A stretch of 64,000 bases of DNA from Verrucomicrobiota bacterium (GTDB lineage Bacteria > Chlamydiota > Chlamydiia > Chlamydiales > SM23-39), in the NCBI GenBank assembly GCA_018968815.1, contig JAGWZL010000001.1, positions 61,178-125,177 on the forward strand. Reading direction: 5' to 3'. Below are positions 1 through 9,725 of the stretch, in pieces; position 1 is the stretch's first letter; every line of letters starts with the position of its first letter. A program made the translations under genes and the position numbers. The notes below the pieces were generated by a model. That model did no database searches, was not told the DNA's origin, and was given only the letters and a program-made list of their open reading frames with translations.

Positions 1-49
1 CAACAGCCACTTTGGATTTCTAAACAAGATTCGATCTTTGAAAATGCGA

Positions 50-84
50 CAGGCCGGGGGGTTTCTCCCCGGCCTGTTTTTTTT
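50..84 (+). terminator. Rho-independent terminator, possibly bidirectional
   Basis: 10-bp GC-rich stem (50-59 caggccgggg / 67-76 ccccggcctg) with a 7-nt loop, followed by T8 (77-84). It lies between an off-window + strand gene end and the 3' end of the minus-strand hydrolase gene. A second imperfect inverted repeat (90-110 / 126-146) overlaps that gene's stop codon. Confidence 0.6.
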
Positions 85-128
85 AGTGTCTTAGAGACTG
101 TCGTTGAAAAGGTGCTTCGTCGATTTTT

Positions 129-2804
129 TCAACGACCGTCTCTTAGATCATCGATCAAATTGGCAATGAGTCCCGTCCAACCACACTGATGAGAGGCTCC
201 AAGACCTCGCCCATTATCGCCATGAAAATGCTCATGGAAAAAGAGATAGTCGTGGAAATGGGGATCTTTTTGGAATTTTTCATAGTCGCCAAAAACAGGG
301 CGATTGCCATTCTTATCTTTTTTGAAAATATTGAGCAGCCTATCCGCAAAGGAATCGGCCATCTGCGTGATGGTCACCGCTTCTTCGCCATCCACTTGAA
401 TACTCATATTGTCTTTGAACACCTTGCCTAACCGGTAGAGAGTTTCAACAAGAAAGTAATTGATGGGGAACCAGATGGGACCGCGCCAATTGGAATTCCC
501 CCCTTTGATTTTTTCCAAAGCCTCGCCAGGTTCGTAGGAAAGACTCATTCCACTGAACATAGCGGGGTGATCTTGGTGATATTTAGACAAGCTGCGCAAA
601 CCGTAGTCAGATCTAAATTCCTCGGGGTCCCAGATATTTTGTAAGAACTTTTCAATCTCTTGAGCGCTCAAGAGTCCAAAAAGATGATGCGAGCCTGATG
701 CATGCGGAATTTTTTGGATGCATTTGGAGGCGAGATCCCCTTTTTTCTCTAATATCCACTCATAAGCATTGTAGAAATTGGGAAACTTGCGTAGTTCCTC
801 TTCATCCCAAAAATCGCAAGCAAAAAACGGAATGAGCCCAACCAAAGAGCGCACCTTAATCTCCTCCACTTGCCCATCAGGATGCCGAATAAAACTGTAA
901 AAAAAGCCATCCTCTTCATTCCACATATCATAATGGCGCCAATACCCTTTGCGCATGGCTGCCGTGACATAGATGAAGTGATGGAAAAATTTGATCCCCA
1001 ATCCCTCATAGACCGGGTTATTTCTAGCTAAGGTCAAAGCAATCCGCATCAAGTTGAGACACAAAAGAGAAATCCACCCAGCCCCATCCGCTTGATCCAC
1101 TAAATATCCTGGAGGCAATTTTTGGGAGCGATCGGCAAAGCCGATATTATCCATCCCTAAAAATCCCCCCTCAAAGACGTTATTTCCTAAGCTGTCTACC
1201 TTGTTAATCCACCAAGAGAAATTCAGGAGCAATTTGTGGAAACATTTTTCCAAATAGGCGAAATCTTCCTTGCCAGTCCGCTTTTTTTCATATTCGAACA
1301 TTTTCAAAACAGCCCACGCCTGCACAGGAGGGTTCACATCGCTAAATTCCCACTCATAAGCCGGAATCGCCCCGTTCGGATGCTGAAACTGATCAAAAAG
1401 AAGCAGCCACAGCTGTTTTTTAGCAAACTCAATATCAATCAACGCAAGCGAAAGAGAATGAAAGGTGAGGTCCCAAGCGGCAAACCAAGGAAATTCCCAC
1501 TTATCCGGCATGGAAAAAATGCGGTAGGACACAATATGGCGCCAGTGAAAATTGCGGATCCAACGATGCGACTCGGGCGGAGACATTTTCGGATTGTCTC
1601 CCTGAAGCCAAGAGCCCACATCGTAAATATAAATCTGCTTATTCCAAATCATCCCAGATAAAGCCTGCCGTTGGATCATCTTCTCTTCATCGGTCGCCCC
1701 CTTCGGATGGACCGTCTCATAAAATTGATCCGCTTCTTTTTTCTTATCTGCAAACAACTTGGGAAGATCCTTCAGCGGCTCGCTCAGAGTTTGATCCGTC
1801 AAACGAAGATAAATCGTCACGCTTTTCCCTGGATTCACAGCCTTAAAAAAGTACCAAATGCCAGCCTTAGTCCCCACCCTTTTGGGATTGACAGCCCCCT
1901 TTTCTTTCTGAATCAAATAGCGGTGAAAGGCATCCTTCACATAAGGCGTATCGTTGGGCTGATTCCAGAGAGCCTTTTTATTTGTATCATTATTGGTAAA
2001 TAGAGGCGTGCCCCCAGAAGAGGCATACAAATGCCTAAGCCCCAATCGATAATCGAAAATCAAGAAGCGCGGCGAAAGAAGCTCGCTATCATCCACGCTT
2101 AAGCAAAGAGGATTGTCCGAAACCACTTTGATTTCCGGTTCTTTGAGCCTTTTCTCTTTCCACGCCCACTTGTTGCGAAACCAAATTTGAGGCAAAAGAT
2201 GGAGCGGAGCGGGGTCGGGACCTCTGTTATACGCCTCAATCTTGACACACAGATCTTCCGTTCCCGCTTTTGCATATTCGATAAAAATATCGAAATAGCG
2301 GTTCTCATCAAAGATCCCCGTATCGATCAGTTCAAATTCTCGATCCTTCGGCCCCCGTTTCCGATTTTCATTGACGAGCTGATCGTACGGATAGGCTTTC
2401 TGGGGATACTTATAGAGATATTTCATGTAGCTGTGCGAAGGAACGGCATCGAGATAATAGTAGAGCTCTTTGACATCTTCGCCATGATTGCCTTCGTAGC
2501 AATTGAGGCCAAACAGACGCTCTTTTAAAATGGGATCGGCCCCATTCCAAAAACAGTGAGCCAAGTTCACAACGCCAAAACGATCGGAAAAACCGGCAAT
2601 CCCATCGTCGCATCTCCGAAATGCGCGCATACGCGCATGATCATGAGGAAAATAATTCCAAGCATCTCCATCGGCGCTATAATCTTCCCGCACACTGCCC
2701 CACCCCCTTTCTGTCACATAAGGGCCCCACTTTTCCCACGGGAGCACCTCTTTGGAGACGTCAAGGGTAGTGTGTTCTTGAATGCGTTTGATTTCTGGAT
2801 TCAT
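129..2804 (-). CDS. GH63-like (MGH1/YgjK-type) glycoside hydrolase
   Basis: Uninterrupted 891-aa ORF. The N-terminal 'WEKWGPYVTERGWGSVREDYS..DAWNYFPHDHAR' and the later 'GGFLGMDNIG' region recall bacterial GH63 glucosidase / mannosylglycerate-hydrolase-like enzymes (recollection only). Its start overlaps the glk stop by 4 nt, suggesting an operon. Confidence 0.65.
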   Translation of the reverse strand: MNPEIKRIQEHTTLDVSKEVLPWEKWGPYVTERGWGSVREDYSADGDAWNYFPHDHARMRAFRRCDDGIAGFSDRFGVVNLAHCFWNGADPILKERLFGLNCYEGNHGEDVKELYYYLDAVPSHSYMKYLYKYPQKAYPYDQLVNENRKRGPKDREFELIDTGIFDENRYFDIFIEYAKAGTEDLCVKIEAYNRGPDPAPLHLLPQIWFRNKWAWKEKRLKEPEIKVVSDNPLCLSVDDSELLSPRFLIFDYRLGLRHLYASSGGTPLFTNNDTNKKALWNQPNDTPYVKDAFHRYLIQKEKGAVNPKRVGTKAGIWYFFKAVNPGKSVTIYLRLTDQTLSEPLKDLPKLFADKKKEADQFYETVHPKGATDEEKMIQRQALSGMIWNKQIYIYDVGSWLQGDNPKMSPPESHRWIRNFHWRHIVSYRIFSMPDKWEFPWFAAWDLTFHSLSLALIDIEFAKKQLWLLLFDQFQHPNGAIPAYEWEFSDVNPPVQAWAVLKMFEYEKKRTGKEDFAYLEKCFHKLLLNFSWWINKVDSLGNNVFEGGFLGMDNIGFADRSQKLPPGYLVDQADGAGWISLLCLNLMRIALTLARNNPVYEGLGIKFFHHFIYVTAAMRKGYWRHYDMWNEEDGFFYSFIRHPDGQVEEIKVRSLVGLIPFFACDFWDEEELRKFPNFYNAYEWILEKKGDLASKCIQKIPHASGSHHLFGLLSAQEIEKFLQNIWDPEEFRSDYGLRSLSKYHQDHPAMFSGMSLSYEPGEALEKIKGGNSNWRGPIWFPINYFLVETLYRLGKVFKDNMSIQVDGEEAVTITQMADSFADRLLNIFKKDKNGNRPVFGDYEKFQKDPHFHDYLFFHEHFHGDNGRGLGASHQCGWTGLIANLIDDLRDGR

Positions 2805-3757
2805 AATTTTTCTGCAAAATAAGCGGCCCCAAGGAGACCCGCATTATCATTCATCACAATCCAAATGGGGATGGATGACAAAAGTTCTTGAAACCGACCC
2901 TTATCAACAAATGAAGCGTGAAATTTCCCTGTTTTCATTTTTTCTACCAAATGGGGAGCAATCCCTCCTCCCACAAAAAAACCGCCCAAAGCCAGATACT
3001 TGAGAGCCATATTTCCCGCCTCGGCCCCGTAGATCGAAATAAACCAATCGAGCGCATGCGCGCAAGCTTTGTCTTGATTTTGGCTGCCCCGCCCAGAAAT
3101 CACTCTGGCCGGATCCTCTTTCTTCATAGCTTCTTTCACCTCAGGAGTCCACTTCTCTTTTCCGGTATCGATCAAAAAATGAAAAAGATGGACCAACCCG
3201 GGACCCGATACAATTCTTTCGTAAGAGACGTGCCCCGTTTTTTTGAGTAAATAGAGAAAAAGCTCGATCTCTTTCTCATTGCGAGGGCCAAAATCGGTAT
3301 GCCCCCCTTCACAAGCGAAAGGAACATGTTCTTTGCCATTCCAAAAAAGACCCGCTTCGCCAAGGCCCGTTCCCGCAGCAATCAGTCCTTGATTGCCCAC
3401 CTGTTTTTCCCCCGCATGCAAGAGAAAAAGCTCCTCTTTTTTAAGCACCCTTAACCCGTAGGCCGTTGCTTCCAAATCATTGAGTAAAGCGACTTTCTGG
3501 ATTCCTAAATGGCGGCTGATATGAGCCGCATCAAGGTTCCATGAAAGATTGGTCACTTTGCTTTTGCCATTTCGAACGGGACCGGCCACGCCAAAACAGG
3601 CTCTCTCGATCTTTTTTCCCTGCAAGAACTCCTGAACGATGATTTCTAAGCCGCTATATTTTGGGCTCGGATATTTTTTCTCTTCGCCCACCCTTTGACC
3701 CCGCTCAAAGAAAGCAAGTCTTGTATTTGTGCCGCCAATATCGCCAGCTAAAATCAT
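2801..3757 (-). CDS. glk: Glucokinase
   Basis: '[17 protein letters not shown]' is the ROK/glucokinase ATP-binding motif at the N-terminus. The start was moved to the ATG at 3757. The 57-codon upstream extension in the ORF track (to 3928) would run antisense into recA and has no homology signal. Confidence 0.85.
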   Translation of the reverse strand: MILAGDIGGTNTRLAFFERGQRVGEEKKYPSPKYSGLEIIVQEFLQGKKIERACFGVAGPVRNGKSKVTNLSWNLDAAHISRHLGIQKVALLNDLEATAYGLRVLKKEELFLLHAGEKQVGNQGLIAAGTGLGEAGLFWNGKEHVPFACEGGHTDFGPRNEKEIELFLYLLKKTGHVSYERIVSGPGLVHLFHFLIDTGKEKWTPEVKEAMKKEDPARVISGRGSQNQDKACAHALDWFISIYGAEAGNMALKYLALGGFFVGGGIAPHLVEKMKTGKFHASFVDKGRFQELLSSIPIWIVMNDNAGLLGAAYFAEKL

Positions 3758-3856
3758 ATCCACCCTTTTTCGGGCATTGAACCATATTTTTTTTGGTTTG
3801 ACGAGAAGAAAAATTGCGAACATCGTATGATGAACAGCAAACCCGAGGAGGAATTT

Positions 3857-4903
3857 ATGTCTCAGCAACAGCCAGATACATCCAAAAAGAAGGCGCTTGA
3901 ACTCGCCATTTCGCACATTCAAAAGCAATTTGGGGACGGGGCCATCATGGCTTTAGGCAAACACGCTTCCGCCCAAGGTTTAAGCGTCATTAAAACAGGC
4001 GCCATCTCTTTGGATCTCGCCCTTGGCATCGGCGGCGTTCCCAGAGGCCGGATCGTGGAAATCTTTGGTCCCGAGTCATCTGGTAAATCAACCCTCGCCC
4101 TTCACATCGTCGCCAACGCGCAAAAAACGGGCGGTCTCGCAGCCTATATCGATGCAGAACACGCCATGGACCCCGGTTATGCGGCAAAAATTGGAGTGAA
4201 TATCGATGATCTGATGATTTCTCAGCCAGACAATGGAGAGGAAGCCCTCAACATCGCTGAAATGCTCGCCCGCTCCAATGCAGTGGATGTGATCGTCATC
4301 GATTCGGTAGCAGCCCTCGTCCCCAAATCGGAATTGGAAGGGGAAATCGGCGATCAATTCATGGGATTGCAAGCGCGGATGATGTCGCAAGCTTTGCGCA
4401 AACTGACAGCCACTCTATCCAGGAGCAACACCTGCGCTATCTTCATCAACCAGATCCGAGAGAAAATCGGCGTCATGTTCGGCAATCCAGAAACCACAAC
4501 AGGCGGCAGAGCGCTCAAATTCTACGCATCCATTCGCCTCGACATCCGCCGCATGACCGGAATTAAAGGAAGCGCAGAAAATGCCTCCGATATCGGCTCG
4601 CGGGTCAAGGTGAAAGTGGTGAAAAACAAGTGCGCGCCTCCGTTCCAATCAGCTGAATTCGATATCCTGTTCAATGAGGGGATCTCTCACTGCGGAGCCC
4701 TCATCGATGCCGGCGTTGAACAGGGAATCATCGATAAAAAAGGGACCTGGTTCAGCTACCTCACGCACCGTCTCGGCCAAGGCAGAGAAGCAGCGCGCGA
4801 AGAACTGAAAAACAAATCTAACCTCGCCGAAGAAATTGAAAAAGCCATTTTAGAAAAAATGGCCGGCGCTAAAAAAATGGCCGAAACAAAGACCGCCAGT
4901 TAA
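3857..4903 (+). CDS. recA: Recombinase RecA
   Basis: Walker A 'GPESSGKST', '[23 protein letters not shown]', '[30 protein letters not shown]'. The ATG at 3857 is preceded by the SD-like gaggagg (3845-3851). ATGs at 3827 and 3830 are alternatives. Confidence 0.95.
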   Translation: MSQQQPDTSKKKALELAISHIQKQFGDGAIMALGKHASAQGLSVIKTGAISLDLALGIGGVPRGRIVEIFGPESSGKSTLALHIVANAQKTGGLAAYIDAEHAMDPGYAAKIGVNIDDLMISQPDNGEEALNIAEMLARSNAVDVIVIDSVAALVPKSELEGEIGDQFMGLQARMMSQALRKLTATLSRSNTCAIFINQIREKIGVMFGNPETTTGGRALKFYASIRLDIRRMTGIKGSAENASDIGSRVKVKVVKNKCAPPFQSAEFDILFNEGISHCGALIDAGVEQGIIDKKGTWFSYLTHRLGQGREAAREELKNKSNLAEEIEKAILEKMAGAKKMAETKTAS

Positions 4904-5035
4904 ATGTAAAGCCGCTTTACATTAGTCCAGGGGCCCCCAAAAACCGTTTCGGTTTTTGGGGTTGTGTATTGCCGCTTTACATTTAGTCCAGGGGCCCCCA
5001 AAAACCGCTTCGGTTTTTGGGGTTGTCGCGTTACA
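4903..5035. repeat. Palindrome plus two tandem ~61-bp hairpin units in the recA / polyprenyl-synthase convergent spacer (likely terminators)
   Basis: Palindrome aatgtaaagc-c-gctttacatt at 4903-4923. The unit 'gccgctttacatt(t)agtccaggggcccccaaaaaccg(t/c)ttcggtttttggggttgt' occurs twice. The 11-bp-stem hairpins lie at 4935-4961 and 4996-5022. Confidence 0.8.
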
Positions 5036-5866
5036 TTAGCAGATAGCGCCGCACATTCTATAGCGAGACAAAGATTCGACGAGTTCTTGGAAATCGGGCG
5101 TCCACAAACCGAGTTCTTGTAACGAAGCAACAAACGCCCGAAGCTCGTCAGCAAACAGACTCTCAGCTTTTTCTCGACCGACTGCGGAAGCCATATTAAT
5201 CCGGGCATCTTGGAGGCCGTCGAGCAAATCATCTGCGATTTGAAAAGCCATTCCTAAGTGGTAGGCGCACCGTTTCACTGCGTCTAATTGAGTGAGATCC
5301 CCTCCGCCAAAGACCCAACCGAAAATGAAGGAAATTTCGAACAGGGTGACTGTTTTTTGGTAGATGATTTTTTGGACCGTTTCAAAAGAAAAATCGGGAG
5401 GGTACAGATCCAAAAACTGACCGCCAGTTGCCCCACTGATGCCAGCGCACCGAGTGGCAGCCTCCAAGCAAATCACAGCAGCTTTTGGGTTGTTTCCGCT
5501 ATTTCTATAAATTCCGCCATACCCTTCCGCGATCAGCGCGTAGCTGGCTAAAATAGCGGCGCTTTCCCCAAATACTTTATGGAGAGAGGGACGGTTTCTG
5601 CGGACATCGTCATTGTCCATGCAGGGCAGATCATCGGCGATCAGAGAAGCAGTATGAAAAAATTCGACGCTCAGAGCGGCGGGCATGGCATCTGCTCCAA
5701 ACCCTAGCGCCTCCGCAATCATCAAAACAATCGTGGGGCGAAGTCTCTTGCCGCCGCCCCGCAATGCATATTCACAGGCGTCGCGCAAGGTGTTTTTCTC
5801 TCCCATTTGCTCAATAAAGCGAGCCAGTTCTCTGTCTATTTGGGAGAGGATGCGCTCGATTGCCAT
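5036..5866 (-). CDS. Polyprenyl (farnesyl/geranylgeranyl) diphosphate synthase
   Basis: First aspartate-rich motif 'LIADDLPCMDNDDVRRNRPSLH' and second motif 'FQIADDLLD'. 276 aa. Confidence 0.9.
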   Translation of the reverse strand: MAIERILSQIDRELARFIEQMGEKNTLRDACEYALRGGGKRLRPTIVLMIAEALGFGADAMPAALSVEFFHTASLIADDLPCMDNDDVRRNRPSLHKVFGESAAILASYALIAEGYGGIYRNSGNNPKAAVICLEAATRCAGISGATGGQFLDLYPPDFSFETVQKIIYQKTVTLFEISFIFGWVFGGGDLTQLDAVKRCAYHLGMAFQIADDLLDGLQDARINMASAVGREKAESLFADELRAFVASLQELGLWTPDFQELVESLSRYRMCGAIC

Positions 5867-6690
5867 AGCAGTTTCTCTAAAATCTTTTGTTCGATAGGGC
5901 GCACCCCTTTCGCATCGATTTGGCTACGCGAAGGGATCGTGCCCCGCAAGTTTGTAAGCGGATGAGAAAAGCTCTCTTTACCAATGAGTGTGCCTGGATT
6001 GAGTACACAATTGCAACCAATTTGCGTTCGGTCCCCAACAATCGCCCCAAATTTCTTCAGACCCGTATTCCGCCTCTTCCCCTCGACGCTCACCGACACC
6101 TCTCTTCGATCCAGTCTGAGATTGGCGCATTTGACCCCAGCGCCTAAGTTGGCGCTCGTCCCTACAATCGAATCGCCCACGTAAACAAAGTGGGTCGCCG
6201 CTGCGCGGTTGAGAAGGATCGAGTGTTTGAGCTCTGCACTATGCCCAATATGGCAGCCATCGCCTAAAATAACCTCTTCCCGAATATAGGCCCCATGCCG
6301 AATGACACAGTCCTTGCCGATAATACAAGGGCCGATGATCATGACGCCAGGCTCAATGACGGTGCCCTTTCCAATCGCCACCAGCGACGGATTTTGAATA
6401 AAAATTCCTTGAGGAATCTCGATTTCTACCCGAAAGGGATAGAGGTCCAAGTAGCTGCTGAGAGAAACAAGGGCAGACCAGATCGGCGCCCCCTCTTTCC
6501 ATAGAGAGCGGTGCTCAAAATCGTCCAATGAAAAGTAATCCGCAGTGTCAATCACGTTTCCAGTATAGCCCGAATTCCCCACACAGGTATAGGAATATTT
6601 ATTTATATATAGATAGGTATTCCTTTTCTTCAGTTCTTGTGGAAATGTTGATAGAATAGGCGGACCTAGGAGAGGAAAAAAGAGGTTCAT
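5836..6690 (-). CDS. Left-handed beta-helix (hexapeptide-repeat) transferase-family protein
   Basis: Repeated [LIV]-G-x-x-x-x hexapeptide pattern ('IGKGTVIEPGVMIIGPCIIGKDCVIRHGAYI..ILGDGCHIGHSAEL'). Its stop overlaps the downstream synthase start by 31 nt. The exact start is uncertain. Confidence 0.6.
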   Translation of the reverse strand: MNLFFPLLGPPILSTFPQELKKRNTYLYINKYSYTCVGNSGYTGNVIDTADYFSLDDFEHRSLWKEGAPIWSALVSLSSYLDLYPFRVEIEIPQGIFIQNPSLVAIGKGTVIEPGVMIIGPCIIGKDCVIRHGAYIREEVILGDGCHIGHSAELKHSILLNRAAATHFVYVGDSIVGTSANLGAGVKCANLRLDRREVSVSVEGKRRNTGLKKFGAIVGDRTQIGCNCVLNPGTLIGKESFSHPLTNLRGTIPSRSQIDAKGVRPIEQKILEKLLWQSSASSPK

Positions 6691-6706
6691 AACTTGTCAG
6701 TGGCCC

Positions 6707-6730
6707 GTTCAAAAGTGGCCACTTTTCAAC
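6707..6730. promoter_or_regulatory. 24-bp near-perfect palindrome in a divergent promoter region
   Basis: gttcaaaagtgg|ccacttttcaac with one mismatch. The half-site cttttgaac recurs at 6763-6771, just upstream of the ATG at 6777. Confidence 0.3.
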
Positions 6731-6776
6731 AAGGGCAAACCTTGCGAACAGTTCGTGAACAGCTTTTGAACAACAT

Positions 6777-7853
6777 ATGAACAAACCTTCCGCATGTCCC
6801 CATTTTGCGCAGTGTAGCGGCTGCGAGCTGCCCGACCCCTACAATCCGCCCATTTGGCAAGAAATACTCACCTTTTTTCGCGAACAGGGAGTAGAGCCAG
6901 AGCTGATCACGGATGGTTTCTCTCAAACGAGGATGAAGGCCAAACTTGCGATTCGGCCTGGACCGAATCTGGGTCTGTTTAAAAAAGGAACGCACGAGGT
7001 GATCGCAATCCCTCAATGCCTTGTGCACCACCCCTCCATCAATCGCGCTGCTCTCCTCTTAAAAGAGGAGATCATCAAACACAACATTCCCCCCTTTGAC
7101 GAGCGCTCCGGCAAAGGGGTGCTTCGGTATGCTCAAATGTTTGTAGAGCGGACCACGGGTCTTGTTCAGCTCGCTCTCGTTGCCACGCAACCGATCGATC
7201 CATTTTGTCGCGCTTTGCTCAAAAGAGGGCCGTGGCATTCGATTTGGCAAAACATTCATTCCGCCCCAAACAATGCCATTTTTGGCTCCACATGGAAGCT
7301 CCAAGCAGGCGCACCGTTTTTGTGGCAGCCCATCGGCGCCCACACGTTCCCCTTTCATCCGGCCGCTTTTTCTCAAGCCCATTTCCCCTTATTTGAGAAA
7401 ATGATCCGCAAAATCGGCGACTGGGTGGGAAGCGATTCCAAGATCCTCGAATTATATGCGGGAGTGGGCGTGATCGGCCTTTCTTTGCCGTATCAAGCGC
7501 TCACTTTAGTCGAAAGCAACCCCTTTGCCTACTTTTCCTTCCAACAGATGAAACGGGATGTGCCCTATTTCTGCGTGGATGCCAAAAAGGCCTCTTTTTC
7601 GGGCTACGATGTCACGATTGTCGATCCGCCGAGAAAAGGGCTCGATCCAGAGATCATTCCTCAAATAGCCTCCCAGAAATTGATCTACGTCAGCTGTCAA
7701 TTCAGCAGCTTTCGGCGCGACGCGATGCGCTTTTTTGAACTGGGATGGAAGTTGCGCAAGGGAGCCGGCTACCTCCTCTTTCCAGGCGCGAACCATGTAG
7801 AGGTTGTAGCCGAACTGATCCTACCCTTCAAACCGGGGTTTGCAGAGTCATGA
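6777..7853 (+). CDS. RNA (uracil-5-)-methyltransferase, RlmD/RumA/TrmA family
   Basis: N-terminal Cys cluster 'CPHFAQCSGCEL' (Fe-S type), SAM fold 'LELYAGVGVIG', and catalytic-region 'VDPPRKGL'. Confidence 0.8.
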   Translation: MNKPSACPHFAQCSGCELPDPYNPPIWQEILTFFREQGVEPELITDGFSQTRMKAKLAIRPGPNLGLFKKGTHEVIAIPQCLVHHPSINRAALLLKEEIIKHNIPPFDERSGKGVLRYAQMFVERTTGLVQLALVATQPIDPFCRALLKRGPWHSIWQNIHSAPNNAIFGSTWKLQAGAPFLWQPIGAHTFPFHPAAFSQAHFPLFEKMIRKIGDWVGSDSKILELYAGVGVIGLSLPYQALTLVESNPFAYFSFQQMKRDVPYFCVDAKKASFSGYDVTIVDPPRKGLDPEIIPQIASQKLIYVSCQFSSFRRDAMRFFELGWKLRKGAGYLLFPGANHVEVVAELILPFKPGFAES

Positions 7854-9651
7854 GAAGATAGGCTAGATCCAGGATGAACTGCTCTGAGGTCATTTCGTTG
7901 AGTGTCGTGGGGGCGCCGCCCGCCTGCTTGAGGAACACTTCGCGGAATGTATCAAAGTCAATATAATCGTTTCCTTTCTTGATCTCATCCCAGAACTCTA
8001 TCCCCTGATCGAAGAATTCTTCCCCGCGAAGCACTTCAAATTTGGTGAGCAATTCTCGATAATCGCGCTGTTCGATGGTGTGGGGAGGCAAAAGGGCTAG
8101 ATTATTTTCTCCCTCTTCAAATTCTAGCAAACGTATTTGCGTGACGACGCTCGCATTGGGAGGAAAGAAAGTGCATTCTCCATAGGCATGTTTCGGATGG
8201 ATATAGATCACCCGCTCCTCTCCGAGCTGCATCCCAATGATGGCTTGCGCAACACCTGGAATCAGCGCTGCTAAATTCTCATTTTTCACAATGCCCCAGT
8301 CTCTGGAGGATTCATCCCCTAAAATCTGATAGGTATATTGGAAGGAAACTTTATTTGTTTTGGCTGTCGCTGTTTTGTCTTTGCCCGCTTTCAACACTTT
8401 CATGTAAAGCTCATTGGGCACAAGAGCTGTCAGGTCTGTTCGTTCTGATAATTTCGTAAAATAGGCGTTTGCCCTTTCCAGGTTTTTGCAACACTCAAGC
8501 TCTCTTTCCAAAGTAGGAATATCGCTTGTTCGCCGTAAAGCGAGAGGGACGGGCATTTGCTTTCTCTTCTCACGAGCAATCACCCCTTGCATGAATGCGT
8601 TTTGAAATTTTTGCGCTGCATAAGGCTCCATCCCAATCTTCTTGTGGATGATTTCAGCCAGCCGGACGATCGTTTCTACTTTATTCGTAGGAAGACTCAG
8701 ATCTCTGATTTTTGGCACAACCGGAGTTACGATGCCGCGCGTCGTAGTCGTGAAAAATTTCTTCAGCGTCTCCTCTAGAAAATCCTTTTTAGCCAAGGCC
8801 TTTGCAATAGCGGCCCTGCCTTTCTCGTACGAGAGAACTAAACTCTTCGTCTCTTCGATCCCTGGAAGACAATAGAAACTGCGGCTCTCAAACGCGTTTA
8901 AGCCCTTCAATTTGTCGCTCATGACGACATATTTCGCAAGCGCGTTTTCTTCTTCCATCACAGTGTGAAATCCAAACGAGGGACTTTTTTGATATTTGTT
9001 CGCTGAAGCCGTCCAGGTTTTGCTCAACTTCTTCGAGACAAACGGAAACTCATCTTGCGATCCAAGACTCAAAGGATCCTGCAAATATTGGATACGCCCA
9101 TGCACAATCGCATTTTGCCTGCCGTGCCCTAAAAGAATCTCCACCAACACAGGATGGTTGTCCATGAGTTTGCTAAACCAATGCGGAGAGGAGGAAATAG
9201 ACTGGAGAAAGCTCTCGGGAGTCACTGTCGGTCCCAACGCATATTGAAATAACGAGAGATTCTCTTGCACCGTGTGTAAAAATGCCTTGCGGTTGATACA
9301 AATAAAGTGGCATTTTCCTTTGTCTTGATGCGTCGTTAAAATATATTCCTTATCATCCACGGGCAGCTGTAAATCGGCCCACAGCTCTTTTCCTTTCATC
9401 AAAAAGATCGTTTCAGGCTTGGGAGATGAGAAGAAACGAATGGAAGGAGCTTCGCATGTGTCGATGCTCATCGGCGCATCCCCATAGAGCACGTAACCGG
9501 CCGATGAATTCACAAGGGTTTGAAAGAAATCTTGCAGCAAAACTTTCTGTTTCTTGGATAACTCATGGGAAAATTCTTTTACTGGGTCGGGTCCCGCCCA
9601 AAGAATACTCGTTATGAATAAAAACGAACAAGAAAGAGCTTTAAATCCCAT
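7828..9651 (-). CDS. Secreted protein with an FKBP-type peptidyl-prolyl isomerase domain
   Basis: Signal-like N-terminus 'MGFKALSCSFLFITSILWA'. There is an FKBP_C-like segment 'LIPGVAQAIIGMQLGEERVIYIHPKHAYGE'. The large N-terminal part has unknown function. Confidence 0.6.
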   Translation of the reverse strand: MGFKALSCSFLFITSILWAGPDPVKEFSHELSKKQKVLLQDFFQTLVNSSAGYVLYGDAPMSIDTCEAPSIRFFSSPKPETIFLMKGKELWADLQLPVDDKEYILTTHQDKGKCHFICINRKAFLHTVQENLSLFQYALGPTVTPESFLQSISSSPHWFSKLMDNHPVLVEILLGHGRQNAIVHGRIQYLQDPLSLGSQDEFPFVSKKLSKTWTASANKYQKSPSFGFHTVMEEENALAKYVVMSDKLKGLNAFESRSFYCLPGIEETKSLVLSYEKGRAAIAKALAKKDFLEETLKKFFTTTTRGIVTPVVPKIRDLSLPTNKVETIVRLAEIIHKKIGMEPYAAQKFQNAFMQGVIAREKRKQMPVPLALRRTSDIPTLERELECCKNLERANAYFTKLSERTDLTALVPNELYMKVLKAGKDKTATAKTNKVSFQYTYQILGDESSRDWGIVKNENLAALIPGVAQAIIGMQLGEERVIYIHPKHAYGECTFFPPNASVVTQIRLLEFEEGENNLALLPPHTIEQRDYRELLTKFEVLRGEEFFDQGIEFWDEIKKGNDYIDFDTFREVFLKQAGGAPTTLNEMTSEQFILDLAYLLMTLQTPV

Positions 9652-9725
9652 AAAATACCTCTATTTTGGAACAGTAACAAGCAACTCTTTTCTTGTCAAA
9701 AAAATATACGACCCCCCTCCCAGTT

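Noticed and set aside
3758-3928. N-terminal extensions suggested by the ORF track for glk (to 3928), dinD (25479), GT2-TPR paralog 2 (18609), the Rsm22-like gene (31872), the TPR PelB-like gene (49696), HPt (46462), the SDR gene (62644), the MFS gene (29471) and the PelE-like gene (54987).
   Set aside because: Most use TTG/GTG starts or run into neighbouring genes or structured elements. In each case an internal ATG coincides with the family N-terminus, a signal peptide, an SD-like sequence or a stop/start overlap with the upstream gene.
4900-5232. 110-aa minus-strand ORF spanning the recA-downstream repeats.
   Set aside because: It reads through the tandem hairpin units and, out of frame, through the 3' end of the polyprenyl synthase gene. 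No coding signal was seen.
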